Source of the DNA: Ignavibacteria bacterium
GTDB taxonomy: Bacteria; Bacteroidota; Ignavibacteria; DATCTW01
Reading direction: 5' to 3'
NCBI GenBank assembly: GCA_036567745.1
Contig: DATCTW010000054.1
Location: forward strand, 37,488-101,487
DNA length: 64,000 nucleotides
Shown here one piece after another: positions 48,720-59,376 of the stretch. The notes under the pieces are model-generated. The model was given only the letters and a program-made list of their open reading frames with translations, made no database searches and was not told the DNA's origin. Numbering within the stretch: position 1 is the first letter of the stretch; every line of letters begins with the position of its first letter. The translations under genes were made by a program, and so were the position numbers.

Positions 48720-48822
48720 GAGGTCAAGTCCTGTGCAATTAAGAGTTGCCAAACCCCGTCAGGTCCGGAAGGAAGCAGCGGTAGGCAAATTTCTAATGTG
48801 ACGCAGGTAAACTTGGCCTCTT
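48720..48822 (+). ncRNA. ffs: small signal recognition particle RNA (4.5S-type)
   Basis: Contains conserved domain IV core 'GTCAGGTCCGGAAGGAAGCAGC'; 5' GAGGTCAAGT pairs with 3' ACTTGGCCTC to close the hairpin; followed by an 8-T run. Confidence 0.7.
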
Positions 48823-48955
48823 TTTTTTAATTAATTTTTATTAAATTATTTACGATGAAATTATCTCTTGAAAAAGAGCATTATTTTTTTTAAGTTTTTA
48901 TTATTAATTCAAAACAAAGTGGAAATTATTTAAAGTTTTTGTTTATTATAGGCTG

Positions 48956-50572
48956 TTGATGAAAAAGGAAATAATAATTAATGATACTGGTGAAGAAGTA
49001 AGAATAGCTATTATCGAAGATGGGAAGCTAGCAGAGTTTTTTATTGAAGGTTATGAAAAAGAACGAATGCTTGGCAATATTTATCTTGGTAAGGTAGCAA
49101 GGGTTATTCCTGGAATAAAAGCTGCTTTTATCGATATTGGTTTAAAACAAGATGCATTCCTTCATTTTTCTGATGTTGGTAATAAGCTTGAAGAATATTC
49201 TTCTTTAATTGGGGATGATACTGATGTTGATACTACAGATTTTGATCATGAAAGCGAAGAGGAAAAACCTATTACTTTATTAGAGGATTCAGAGCTTTTA
49301 TCGAAAGCTAAAAGCGAATTCAAAGACCGAAAAAGTCATCATATACAAAGTCCTGCTCATCAATTACAAAAAGGGCAAGAAATTCTAGTTCAAGTTATAA
49401 AAGAGCCTATTGGTAATAAAGGTGTAAGAGTTACATCTGAGGTAAGTTTACCAGGAAGATATTTAGTTATTATGCCCTTTGATAATAAAATTGGGGTTTC
49501 AAAGAAAATTACAAATTTTAAAGAGAAGAAAAGATTAAAGAGAATAGTTAAAAGTATTTTACAAGAAGGTTTTGGAGCTATTATTCGAACCGTAGCGGAA
49601 GGTGTAGATGAAGAAGCTCTTAAATCTGATTTACATCAATTGCTTAATATCTGGAAAAAAATAGAAGATAAATTAAGGGTTGTAAAACCACCAGCACTTC
49701 TTTACAAAGATATGTCAACTACCTCAAGCGTTATAAGAGATTTGTTTAACCATGATGTTACCAGAGCTGTTATTGACTCAAAAAAATTATTCAAAGAAAT
49801 TAAAGAATATGCAATAAATGCAGCCCCTTTAATTTCTGATAAAATTGAATTATACAAAGGTAAATTGCCAATTTTCGAGTATTTTAATATAGAAAATGAA
49901 ATTGAAGGATTATATTCAAAGAAAGTGTATTTAAAAAGCGGTGGTTATATATATATTGAACATACTGAAGCAATGGTTGTAATAGATGTTAATAGTGGAA
50001 GATATTATGCCCAAGTTGAACAGGAATTAAATTCTCTAAAAACAAATCTTGAAGCAGCAAGAGAAATTGCCAGACAATTACGTTTAAGAGATATTGGAGG
50101 AATGATCGTTGTAGATTTTATTGATTTAGAAGATGAAAAGAATAAAAAGAAAATTTATGATGAGCTAAAAAAGGAATTTAAAAAAGATAGAGCTAAATCA
50201 ACCATATTACCTATGACAGAATTTGGTTTGGTGCAAATAACCAGACAAAGAGTAAGGCAAAGTCTTTTTCATTCAGTTAAATCTCCTTGTCCATTTTGTG
50301 GTGGTAGTGGTGTTATAACTACAAAATCTAATGTTATAAGTAGAGTAGAGTCGTGGATTAGAAAATATATGTCATCTACTTCTGAAAGAAAATTTAAACT
50401 AAGAGTAAATCCCAGTGTTTATAATTATCTAACAGAGGGTTTTATTAACACTTTATGGAAATTGAGAGTAAAATACTTTGCCTGGATATCATTAGAACCC
50501 GATTCTACTTTATTACCAGATGAAATTAAAGTTTATTCAACCAAGCAAAACAAAATAATAACTAATTTTTAA
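48956..50572 (+). CDS. rng: ribonuclease G/E family endoribonuclease
   Basis: N-terminal S1 domain 'GNIYLGKVARVIPGIKAAFIDIG', 'AIIRT' and 'DVNSG' catalytic region, 'MIVVDFID' block. Confidence 0.8.
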   Translation: MMKKEIIINDTGEEVRIAIIEDGKLAEFFIEGYEKERMLGNIYLGKVARVIPGIKAAFIDIGLKQDAFLHFSDVGNKLEEYSSLIGDDTDVDTTDFDHESEEEKPITLLEDSELLSKAKSEFKDRKSHHIQSPAHQLQKGQEILVQVIKEPIGNKGVRVTSEVSLPGRYLVIMPFDNKIGVSKKITNFKEKKRLKRIVKSILQEGFGAIIRTVAEGVDEEALKSDLHQLLNIWKKIEDKLRVVKPPALLYKDMSTTSSVIRDLFNHDVTRAVIDSKKLFKEIKEYAINAAPLISDKIELYKGKLPIFEYFNIENEIEGLYSKKVYLKSGGYIYIEHTEAMVVIDVNSGRYYAQVEQELNSLKTNLEAAREIARQLRLRDIGGMIVVDFIDLEDEKNKKKIYDELKKEFKKDRAKSTILPMTEFGLVQITRQRVRQSLFHSVKSPCPFCGGSGVITTKSNVISRVESWIRKYMSSTSERKFKLRVNPSVYNYLTEGFINTLWKLRVKYFAWISLEPDSTLLPDEIKVYSTKQNKIITNF

Positions 50573-50590
50573 ATAAACTAAGAGTAAACT

Positions 50591-51250
50591 ATGAAGTTTT
50601 TTATTGATACTGCAAATATTGAAGAGATTAGAGAAGCCTCAAAATTAGGTGTTCTTGATGGTGTTACTACTAATCCAAGCTTAGTAGCTAAAGAAAATAG
50701 AGATTATTTTAAATTGTTGGAAGAGATTTGTGAGATAGTTGATGGCCCTATAAGTGCAGAGGTAATTTCAACTGATTATGAGGGAATTATTAAAGAAGGT
50801 GAAAAATTATCAAAAATTAATAAAAATATTGTTATTAAAGTTCCAATTATTAAAGAGGGATTAAAAGCTGTAAAAACTTTTACTGAAAAAGGTATCAAAA
50901 CGAATGTTACTTTATGCTTTTCTGCAAATCAAGCACTCTTAGCAGCAAAAGCAGGTGCTACTTATATTTCTCCATTTATTGGTAGACTTGATGATATTTC
51001 ACAACCAGGTATGGAACTAATTTCACAAATACTGACAATTTATAGAAATTATGGTTTTCAAACTGAAGTGTTAGTTGCCAGTGTAAGACATCCTGTTCAT
51101 GTTTTAGAAGCGGCTATGTTAGGTGCTGATGTAATTACTATGCCATTTAAAGTTATAGACCAATTAATAAATCATCCGCTAACCACTATTGGTTTAGAAA
51201 AATTTTTATCAGATTGGAAAAAACAAGAAAGAGCCAATCTAATTGCATAA
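50591..51250 (+). CDS. tal: transaldolase / fructose-6-phosphate aldolase (short TalC/Fsa type)
   Basis: '[13 protein letters not shown]', 'GVTTNPSL', Schiff-base Lys block 'IVIKVP'; about 219 aa. Confidence 0.8.
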   Translation: MKFFIDTANIEEIREASKLGVLDGVTTNPSLVAKENRDYFKLLEEICEIVDGPISAEVISTDYEGIIKEGEKLSKINKNIVIKVPIIKEGLKAVKTFTEKGIKTNVTLCFSANQALLAAKAGATYISPFIGRLDDISQPGMELISQILTIYRNYGFQTEVLVASVRHPVHVLEAAMLGADVITMPFKVIDQLINHPLTTIGLEKFLSDWKKQERANLIA

Positions 51251-51271
51251 TAAATTTTTAAGGATAATATA

Positions 51272-52354
51272 ATGAAAAAGACCCCTTTTTATGAAATTCA
51301 CAAAAAATTGGGAGCAAAAATTGTAGAATTTGCTGGTTTTTATATGCCCATTCAATATGAAGGTATTATATCAGAGCATAAAAGAGTTCGTGAATCTGTT
51401 GGTGTTTTTGATGTAACACATATGGGCGAAATAGAAATAAAAGGTAAAAATGCTTTGAGTTTTATCCAAAAAATTACAACTAATGATGCATCTAAACTTA
51501 CTGAAGGGAAAGTACAATATTCTTCAATGTGCTATCCTGATGGTGGTATTGTTGATGATTTACTGGTTTATCATTGTGGTTCATATTATATGTTAGTTGT
51601 TAACGCTTCTAATAAGGATAAAGATTTTAACTGGATGCTGGAAAATAAAATTGATGATGTTGAGATTATAGATAAAAGTGATGAAGTATCATTATTAGCA
51701 GTGCAAGGTCCAAATTCATTAAAAGTTGTTCAAAAAATTATTGATGTTGATATTACTGGTTTAAAATATTATCATTTTTTAAGGGGTAAGGTCGCTGGAG
51801 TATCTGCAATAATTTCTCGAACAGGTTATACAGGTGAATTGGGTTTTGAACTCTATTTTGATTCCAGCATTGATTCTGCTGAAAAAGTATGGAATGCACT
51901 TTTCGATGTTGGTAAAGAGTTTAATATTGCTCCTATTGGGTTAGGTGCAAGAGATACTTTGAGACTGGAAATGGGTATGTGTCTTTATGGTAATGATATT
52001 GATAATACTACTAATCCACTTGAAGCAGGGTTAGGTTGGATTACAAAATTTGATAAGGGGGATTTTGTTGGAAAAGATGCATTATTAAAAGTGAAGAGTG
52101 AAGGTCTTAAAAGGAAATTAGTTGGCTTTACGATAAATGATAAGCTCGTACCAAGACACGGTTATGATATTAATGTTAATGGTATCAAGGTTGGTAATGT
52201 TACTAGTGGCACTTTTTCTCCAATTTTAAATTACTCAATCGGTATGGGCTATGTTAATATTGAATATGCTGATGAAGGGAAAAATATTGATATTATTATT
52301 AGAAATAAACCTGTTAAAGCAACCATTACAAAACCACCTTTTATAAAAAAATAA
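51272..52354 (+). CDS. gcvT: glycine cleavage system aminomethyltransferase T protein
   Basis: 'TPFYEIHKKLGAKIVEFAGFYMPIQYEG...VGVFDVTHMGEIEIKG' canonical GcvT N-terminus. Confidence 0.9.
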   Translation: MKKTPFYEIHKKLGAKIVEFAGFYMPIQYEGIISEHKRVRESVGVFDVTHMGEIEIKGKNALSFIQKITTNDASKLTEGKVQYSSMCYPDGGIVDDLLVYHCGSYYMLVVNASNKDKDFNWMLENKIDDVEIIDKSDEVSLLAVQGPNSLKVVQKIIDVDITGLKYYHFLRGKVAGVSAIISRTGYTGELGFELYFDSSIDSAEKVWNALFDVGKEFNIAPIGLGARDTLRLEMGMCLYGNDIDNTTNPLEAGLGWITKFDKGDFVGKDALLKVKSEGLKRKLVGFTINDKLVPRHGYDINVNGIKVGNVTSGTFSPILNYSIGMGYVNIEYADEGKNIDIIIRNKPVKATITKPPFIKK

Positions 52355-52362
52355 GTATACTA

Positions 52363-54795
52363 ATGTCAGCAAGAATAAAAAATAAAAACGAAAAAACTAA
52401 AGATAAACAATCTTCTTCTGAAAAAAAACTTCAAATTATTGGAATATTAATGATAGTTGCATCATTATTGATATTCCTTTCTATCATATCTTATTCTTCT
52501 GTTGATGAAGCGAATACTGATATTAGTATTGGTGATTTGTTTAGTATTATCTTTGGTCCTGATAGTGATTTACAGGTAAAAATTGATAAAACATCAAATT
52601 GGTTGGGTATTATTGGTGCTTTAATTTCTGGTTTTATGATAACATCTACAATAGGTTATTTTTCAATAATCTTTCCAATTTTAGGAGGCGCATGGGGTTG
52701 GTTTATTTTTCGTAAGCTTGATCGAAAGAAACTTTTATATATAACAAATATCACAATTATTTTTGGTTTATTAATTTCTTCTTTTATTGGCTTAATCAAG
52801 AATATAAATCTTTTTCATTTTTTTGGTACTGAGTGGTATGGTTCAATAGGTGCATATATTGCAAGTGTTCTCTCAAGATTATTTGGCCAGGTTGGTGGTA
52901 TCATTTTAATTCTTACCGGTATATTAATTATGTTAATAATATCTATTGATTTAGATTTACATCAAACAATCAATAGAATAAAATTATGGATTGCAGAAAT
53001 AAAGGATTGGTGGATTAATAAAAGAGAAGAAAAGCTTGATTCTGTTACTGCTGAAAAACCAAGAAGAACCAAAGCAAAACCGGCGCTTAGTGCAGATACA
53101 GAAAAAGAAGTAGAATTAAAAATAATTAGAGGGGATGAGAACAACGACAAAAAAATTGACAGCGAGAAAAAAACCGATGAAGAAGATATTGATACCCCAA
53201 TTATTAAACCACAGAAAAAAACACCTGTTATTCAACCAAAAGTAGATGACGTGATCGTTGATGAAGTTGATAATTCAAATAGAATTCCTATTGAAGATGA
53301 AATAATTGATTATCATTTTCCACCTGTAGATTTATTAGATACCCCTGTAAACATTGATAAAGTAAGTGATGAAGAGTTAAAAACTAATGCTACTTTATTA
53401 AGAACTAAGCTTGGTGAATTTGGAATAAGCATTGATGATATTTCCGTTCAACCAGGACCAGTGGCAACTTTGTATGAAATTGTACCTTCTTCTGGAATTA
53501 AAATTTCTCAGATAACAAATCTTGCCGATGATATTCAATTAGCTTTAAAGGCAAAAGGAATTAGAATTGTAGCCCCTATGCCCGGAAAGGGTACCGTTGG
53601 AGTTGAAATAGTGAATACAAAACCTTCAATGGTTCATATAAAAAGCATTATAAATTCAGCAAACTTTAAAGATAATAAACTTACCCTTCCAATAGCTATG
53701 GGCAAAACAATTATTGGTGATGTTTTTTGTGCTGATCTTGCCACATTACCACATTTGCTTGTTGCAGGTGCTACAGGTTCTGGCAAAAGTATCGGTATAA
53801 ACACCATAATAGTAAGTTTGCTTTATAAAATGCACCCATCTGATGTTAAAATGGTAATTATTGATCCCAAAAAAGTAGAATTGACTTTATACGAAAAATT
53901 GAAAAATCATTATCTTGCTGTCTGTCCTGATATAAAAGATGAGATCATTATTACTACTCCTCAAAATTCCGTTACTATATTAAAAAGTATAGAAATGGAA
54001 ATGGATAGAAGATACACTTTGCTTTCAAAATGCGCTGCACGTAATATTCGTGAATATAATGAAAAAGTATTAGCGGGCAAAACAAAAGATACTGACGAAA
54101 TTAAACATAGAAAATTACCTTATATTGTTGTTCTTATAGATGAGTTAGCTGATTTGATGATTACTGCTGCAAGAGAAGTGGAAGAGCCAATAGCTCGTAT
54201 TGCTCAACTTGCTCGTGCAGTTGGCGTTCATCTTGTTGTTGCAACTCAACGACCGTCTGTTGATGTGTTAACAGGAACTATCAAAGCTAATTTCCCTGCA
54301 AGAATAGCATATCAGGTAGCATCAAGAATTGATTCGAGAACAATTTTAGATACAAATGGAGCTGAACAACTTATTGGAAAAGGAGATATGCTACTTCTTT
54401 CTTCTATGAGTCCTAAACCAATGAGAATGCAAAATGCTTATATTTCTACTGAAGAAGTTGAAAGAATAGTTGATTTTATTGGAAATCAACAAGGTTATAG
54501 TAGACCCTACGAATTACCTTCAATCCAGGAGAAGAAGAAATCTAATGGCGGTTCTGGTGGTCTTGATGATAGGGATGAGCTATTTGAGGAAGCAGCAAGA
54601 CTGATTGTAAGACATCAACAAGGCTCTGTATCGTTACTTCAAAGGAGACTGAAGATTGGGTATAGCCGTGCTGCCAGAATTGTTGATGAGTTAGAAATGG
54701 CAGGTATTGTAGGTCCATTTGATGGGAGCAAAGCTCGACAGGTTCTTGTAGAAACAGAAGAAGAATTAAATGAAATATTAGATGCTTTATTATAA
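52363..54795 (+). CDS. ftsK: DNA translocase FtsK
   Basis: N-terminal TM helices, linker, motor domain with Walker A 'AGATGSGKS', Walker B 'IVVLIDELADLM', C-terminal winged-helix gamma domain. Confidence 0.9.
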   Translation: MSARIKNKNEKTKDKQSSSEKKLQIIGILMIVASLLIFLSIISYSSVDEANTDISIGDLFSIIFGPDSDLQVKIDKTSNWLGIIGALISGFMITSTIGYFSIIFPILGGAWGWFIFRKLDRKKLLYITNITIIFGLLISSFIGLIKNINLFHFFGTEWYGSIGAYIASVLSRLFGQVGGIILILTGILIMLIISIDLDLHQTINRIKLWIAEIKDWWINKREEKLDSVTAEKPRRTKAKPALSADTEKEVELKIIRGDENNDKKIDSEKKTDEEDIDTPIIKPQKKTPVIQPKVDDVIVDEVDNSNRIPIEDEIIDYHFPPVDLLDTPVNIDKVSDEELKTNATLLRTKLGEFGISIDDISVQPGPVATLYEIVPSSGIKISQITNLADDIQLALKAKGIRIVAPMPGKGTVGVEIVNTKPSMVHIKSIINSANFKDNKLTLPIAMGKTIIGDVFCADLATLPHLLVAGATGSGKSIGINTIIVSLLYKMHPSDVKMVIIDPKKVELTLYEKLKNHYLAVCPDIKDEIIITTPQNSVTILKSIEMEMDRRYTLLSKCAARNIREYNEKVLAGKTKDTDEIKHRKLPYIVVLIDELADLMITAAREVEEPIARIAQLARAVGVHLVVATQRPSVDVLTGTIKANFPARIAYQVASRIDSRTILDTNGAEQLIGKGDMLLLSSMSPKPMRMQNAYISTEEVERIVDFIGNQQGYSRPYELPSIQEKKKSNGGSGGLDDRDELFEEAARLIVRHQQGSVSLLQRRLKIGYSRAARIVDELEMAGIVGPFDGSKARQVLVETEEELNEILDALL

Positions 54796-54804
54796 AAATT
54801 TAAA

Positions 54805-55467
54805 ATGAGAATCGAAATGATTAAGCGAATAAACTTTTTGTTAATAATATTTTTTCTTTTTTTTGAAATATCTTTTGCTAATAAATTTTATGATATAACA
54901 GCAAAAGAAATTATTGAGAAAGTACAGGCTAAATATAAAAAGACAAACACGTTGATTGCAAAGTACACTCAAACTTCGAAATTTAAATTAACAAAATTTG
55001 AACAAAATATTAATGGTACTTTATATTTAAAGAAAGAAAAAAAATATAGAATTGAAACTAATGACCAAGTATTTATTACAGATGGAATTACGTCATGGGC
55101 TTATACAAACAAAACAAACCAACTTGTAATTGATAATTTTAAAGAAGATAAGAATTCAATCTCACCAGAAAAATTTTTAGTTGAATACCCTGAGGATTAT
55201 TATTCAAGTCTTGTGGGTAAATCAAAAGTAAATAATCAAGAAGTATATGAATTAAAATTAGTACCAAAATCTGCTAATAATTTTATCAAATCTTTGAAGG
55301 TGTGGGTTGATGATGACGAATGGTTCATACGAAAAGTTGAGTTAATTGATATAAATGATAATGTTACTATATATACGATAAAAAAAGTTGATGTTAATGT
55401 TGAAATAAGTAATGATAAGTTTCAGTTTAAACCCGGGAAAGATGTTCAAGTCATTGATTTAAGATAG
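54805..55467 (+). CDS. LolA-like outer-membrane lipoprotein carrier family protein
   Basis: Signal peptide; about 220 aa; position immediately downstream of ftsK as in many bacteria; weak motif support. Confidence 0.55.
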   Translation: MRIEMIKRINFLLIIFFLFFEISFANKFYDITAKEIIEKVQAKYKKTNTLIAKYTQTSKFKLTKFEQNINGTLYLKKEKKYRIETNDQVFITDGITSWAYTNKTNQLVIDNFKEDKNSISPEKFLVEYPEDYYSSLVGKSKVNNQEVYELKLVPKSANNFIKSLKVWVDDDEWFIRKVELIDINDNVTIYTIKKVDVNVEISNDKFQFKPGKDVQVIDLR

Positions 55468-55490
55468 ATTTATAACTAATTCGGTTTTAT

Positions 55491-56495
55491 ATGAAAACAA
55501 AAAACTTTTTAAAGTACCTACTCGGGTTTATTTTAGCTATAACCTTTCTTTATTTTGCTTTTAAGGGGATTAATTTTCAAGAGTTATTAAATACTTTATC
55601 TAATGCTAATTATTTTTGGCTTTTAGTTTTTTTTATTATTCAAATTATCAGTCATATAATAAGAGCATGGAGATGGAAATATCTTTTGAATCACATTAAG
55701 GAAAAAATTTCCATTCGGAATTTATTTTCAAGTATCATGATTGGGTATATGGTTAATAATTTTATACCCCGTGGTGGAGAAATAGCAAGGCCTTATGCAC
55801 TTGGGAAGCTTGAAAATATTTCTATCTCCTCATCATTAGCTACTGTTATTGTTGAAAGAGTATTAGATGTTCTCACATTATTAGTTTTGGTGATCTTTGT
55901 ATTGATTTATAATTATGAAATCTTAATCTACAATTTCCCGTGGTTAAAAATTGCTGTTATCGTTTCTTTAATAATAAGTGTTTTGGGTTTTGCAGTTTTT
56001 ATTTTACTTTCACTCAAAACTGAATTTGCTTTTAAGATTATTAAAAGACTAGTCTCATTTTTACCTGAAAAAATTTCATTAAAGATTGAATCTTTGCTAA
56101 AATCATTTGTTGAGGGTTTATTAATTATTAAAGATCCAAAAAATTACTTTTTTATTTTTGTTTCTACTTTGCTATTATGGTTTGCATATACAATTCAATG
56201 GTATATTCCTTTTTACTCATTTAATATGGTTGATGATTATTCATTGACAATTATTTCAGCTTTGATATTAAATGTTATTGTGGCAATAGGTATTATGATC
56301 CCCGTACCTGGTGCTACTGGCACATATCACGCATTTTGTATACAAGCTTTAACAGGTTTATTTTTTGTAAATAAAGCTACTGCTGCTGCTTATGCAACGG
56401 TAACCCATGCAGTAGGCTTAATAGGTATTAGTATTGTAGGATTTTATTTTTTTATACGCGATAACATAAAATTATCTTCAATAACTGAAAAATAA
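55491..56495 (+). CDS. UPF0104/MprF-like flippase-domain integral membrane protein
   Basis: Eight predicted TM helices; 'RAWRWKYLL' and 'PRGGEIARPYAL' blocks characteristic of the lysyl-PG synthase TM-region family. Confidence 0.6.
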   Translation: MKTKNFLKYLLGFILAITFLYFAFKGINFQELLNTLSNANYFWLLVFFIIQIISHIIRAWRWKYLLNHIKEKISIRNLFSSIMIGYMVNNFIPRGGEIARPYALGKLENISISSSLATVIVERVLDVLTLLVLVIFVLIYNYEILIYNFPWLKIAVIVSLIISVLGFAVFILLSLKTEFAFKIIKRLVSFLPEKISLKIESLLKSFVEGLLIIKDPKNYFFIFVSTLLLWFAYTIQWYIPFYSFNMVDDYSLTIISALILNVIVAIGIMIPVPGATGTYHAFCIQALTGLFFVNKATAAAYATVTHAVGLIGISIVGFYFFIRDNIKLSSITEK

Positions 56496-56509
56496 TATTA
56501 GGAATTAGT

Positions 56510-58690
56510 ATGAAACAGGTAGCTCAAAATATCAAAACAGGAGAAATTAGAGTTGATGAGGTTCCACCTCCAAATCTTTTTAAAAATGCCTTATTAGTAA
56601 AAAACTATTATTCTGTAATTAGTGCTGGAACAGAAAAAACAAGTATTGATATGGGTAAAATGAGCATGTTCCAAAAAGCTAAATCACGACCTGAAGATGT
56701 AAAAAAAGTCCTTAAAGAGATAAGGCAACAGGGTATCATGGCTACTTATAAAAAAGTGATGAATAAACTGGATACACCTAAATCACTTGGATATAGTACA
56801 GCTGGAGTAGTACTTGCCGTTGATGAAGATGTTGATGAGTTTAAACCTGGAGATAGAGTTGCCTGTGCTGGTGCCGGTTATGCTTTACATGCTGATATAG
56901 TTGCTGTTCCTAAAAATTTATGTGTAAAAATACCTGATTCTGTAAGTTTTGAAGAAGCAGCATTTACTACTGTTGGCGCTATAGCTATGCAAGGCTTAAG
57001 GCAGGCAAATCCAACACTTGGTGAAAGAGTGGTTGTTATTGGGTTGGGTTTGATTGGCCAATTAACAGTTCAAATGTTGAAAGCTAATGGTTGTTTTGTT
57101 ATTGGAGTGGATCTGGATGATAAACCTATAGAAAATGCACTTAAAATATCAGGTGCTGACATTGCATTATCGGGGAAAAAACAAGATGTAAAGAGCATAG
57201 TAATGGAAATTACAAAAGGGTTTGGAGCTGATGCAGTTATAATTACTGCTGCTACTTCTTCCAACGATCCTATTAAATTAGCTGGAGAAATATCTCGTGA
57301 TAAAGGTAGAGTAATATTGGTTGGTGATGTTGGTTTGACTTTACCGAGAGCTCCTTACTATATGAAAGAATTGGATTTTAAACTTTCTCGTTCTTATGGC
57401 CCTGGTAGATATGACTATAATTATGAAGAGAAAGGTAATGACTATCCGTTTGGTTATGTTAGGTGGACTGAAAAAAGAAATATGGAGTCTTTCCTTGAAC
57501 TAATTCAAAATAAGAAAGTAAATGTAAAAAGTATTACAACTCATACTTTTTCAATAGATGAAGCTGCTAAAGCCTATGACTTGATTTCAGGTGAGAAAAA
57601 GGAATATTATATCGGAATACTATTAAAGTATTCTGAAATTGAAGATGATGGTGCTGAAAAGTATTTTCAGAAAATTAATATCAATGAAAGTGATGTTCGA
57701 GTAAGTGAAATTAATATAGGTTTTATTGGTGTTGGTAGTCATGCGCAAACAAATCTTTTGCCTCATATTGAGAGTGCAGGAGCCCATATTTTAGGCGTTT
57801 GTGATTCTCAGGGAATGGTGGCAAAATTCATTGCTGAAAAATATAAATCTAATTTTTGCACATCAAATGCAGATGATATTTTCAGTAATGAAAAAATAAA
57901 TACAGTTTTTGTATCTACACGTCATAATTCTCATGCTGAATATGTTATTAAATCATTACAAAACGATAAAAATATATTTGTAGAAAAACCATTATGTCTA
58001 AAGTATGAGGAGCTCGAGGAAATAACAAGAATATATAATGAAAAAATTAGTTCTGGGAAGAATATAAATCTATTGGTAGGTTTTAATAGAAGATTTGCTC
58101 CTTTGATGAAAAAAACAAAAGAATTTTTTAGTGATGTTGTTGATCCAATAATTGTAAACTTCAGAGTGAATGCTGGTTTTATTCCAAAATCACATTGGGT
58201 TCAGGATCCAGATGAAGGTGGTGGAAGAATAATGGGTGAAGTATGTCATTTTGTTGATGTTATTCAATATTTAACTGATTCTTATCCAATTTCTGTTTTT
58301 GCACAATCTATAAGTTCACAAAATTCAATGATTACAGATTTCGATAATATAAATGTTACTTTAAAGATGAAAAATGGCTCTCTTGGGATTATTACTTATT
58401 TAGCAAACGGTGATAAAGGAGTCAATAAAGAGCGAATGGAGGTAACAGGTGGGAATCTATATGCTATATTAGATAATTTTGAAGAGCTTTCACTTTATAA
58501 AAAGGAGAATAAAACTATAATTAAAAACAAAGGAATTGATAAAGGCTGGAAACAGGAGATCTTTGAATTTTTAGATGGTATAAAAAAGGGTAAAAGCCCT
58601 ATAGAGTATAATAGCATTAGAATTACTACATTAACTACTTTAAAAATTCTTGAATCATTAAGAACAAATGAATTAGTAGAAATAAAATGA
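56510..58690 (+). CDS. bi-domain oxidoreductase: MDR (zinc-ADH-like) domain fused to Gfo/Idh/MocA dehydrogenase domain
   Basis: Rossmann 'VVVIGLGLIGQL' in N-terminal half; second Rossmann 'IGFIGVGSHAQTNLLPHI' with Gfo/Idh/MocA layout in C-terminal half. Confidence 0.7.
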   Translation: MKQVAQNIKTGEIRVDEVPPPNLFKNALLVKNYYSVISAGTEKTSIDMGKMSMFQKAKSRPEDVKKVLKEIRQQGIMATYKKVMNKLDTPKSLGYSTAGVVLAVDEDVDEFKPGDRVACAGAGYALHADIVAVPKNLCVKIPDSVSFEEAAFTTVGAIAMQGLRQANPTLGERVVVIGLGLIGQLTVQMLKANGCFVIGVDLDDKPIENALKISGADIALSGKKQDVKSIVMEITKGFGADAVIITAATSSNDPIKLAGEISRDKGRVILVGDVGLTLPRAPYYMKELDFKLSRSYGPGRYDYNYEEKGNDYPFGYVRWTEKRNMESFLELIQNKKVNVKSITTHTFSIDEAAKAYDLISGEKKEYYIGILLKYSEIEDDGAEKYFQKININESDVRVSEINIGFIGVGSHAQTNLLPHIESAGAHILGVCDSQGMVAKFIAEKYKSNFCTSNADDIFSNEKINTVFVSTRHNSHAEYVIKSLQNDKNIFVEKPLCLKYEELEEITRIYNEKISSGKNINLLVGFNRRFAPLMKKTKEFFSDVVDPIIVNFRVNAGFIPKSHWVQDPDEGGGRIMGEVCHFVDVIQYLTDSYPISVFAQSISSQNSMITDFDNINVTLKMKNGSLGIITYLANGDKGVNKERMEVTGGNLYAILDNFEELSLYKKENKTIIKNKGIDKGWKQEIFEFLDGIKKGKSPIEYNSIRITTLTTLKILESLRTNELVEIK

Positions 58691-59376
58691 AATATAAAAT
58701 ATTTCTTTTTTTTCTCATACTCCCAATAGCCCTATTTTCTCAAGAAGGGAATAAGGATACTCTTCTTATAAATGAATCAAGGTTTGATATTTCTGCCAGT
58801 ATGGGTTTAAAAATAATAACAGTAAAAGATCTTGTTGATTACATTAATTATTATATTCCATACAATCAAGATGAATTTAAAAGTGTTACAACTTCTCCTG
58901 AATTTATGATAAATGCAGAATACCGTTTTGATGAAAATTATGGATTAAAGCTGGAATATAATTATATTTTAAAATCCTATAATCTAGAAAATACTAAAGA
59001 TTTGCTTTTTCATAATATTTCAATTAATTATAATTATCATTCAACATCTTTATTATTTGATTATATTATTCGGGATCCAGGATATTTGTTAAAATTTGGT
59101 ATAGGACCTAGCTTCTATTATTCATTATTGTATCAAAAGACACCTTTATCAAAAAATGAAGAGGAATTCCATACTTCTGGTTTAGGGTTAAAAACTGATA
59201 TATATGGACATACTCAATTTGGGAAAAATGTATATATGCTAATTGGTTTAAATTTTCAAGTTGGTTGGCTTGGAGATTTAAAGAATAAAAATGGAGATTA
59301 TTTATCACCTAAACAAAAAGTTAGCATGTCTTTTATTTCAGCTGGTGTAAATCTTGGTATGGTATTTTATTTTTAA
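58687..59376 (+). CDS. small outer-membrane beta-barrel protein (hypothetical)
   Basis: Signal peptide; alternating-hydrophobic strands; C-terminal 'GMVFYF'. Confidence 0.45.
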   Translation: MKYKIFLFFLILPIALFSQEGNKDTLLINESRFDISASMGLKIITVKDLVDYINYYIPYNQDEFKSVTTSPEFMINAEYRFDENYGLKLEYNYILKSYNLENTKDLLFHNISINYNYHSTSLLFDYIIRDPGYLLKFGIGPSFYYSLLYQKTPLSKNEEEFHTSGLGLKTDIYGHTQFGKNVYMLIGLNFQVGWLGDLKNKNGDYLSPKQKVSMSFISAGVNLGMVFYF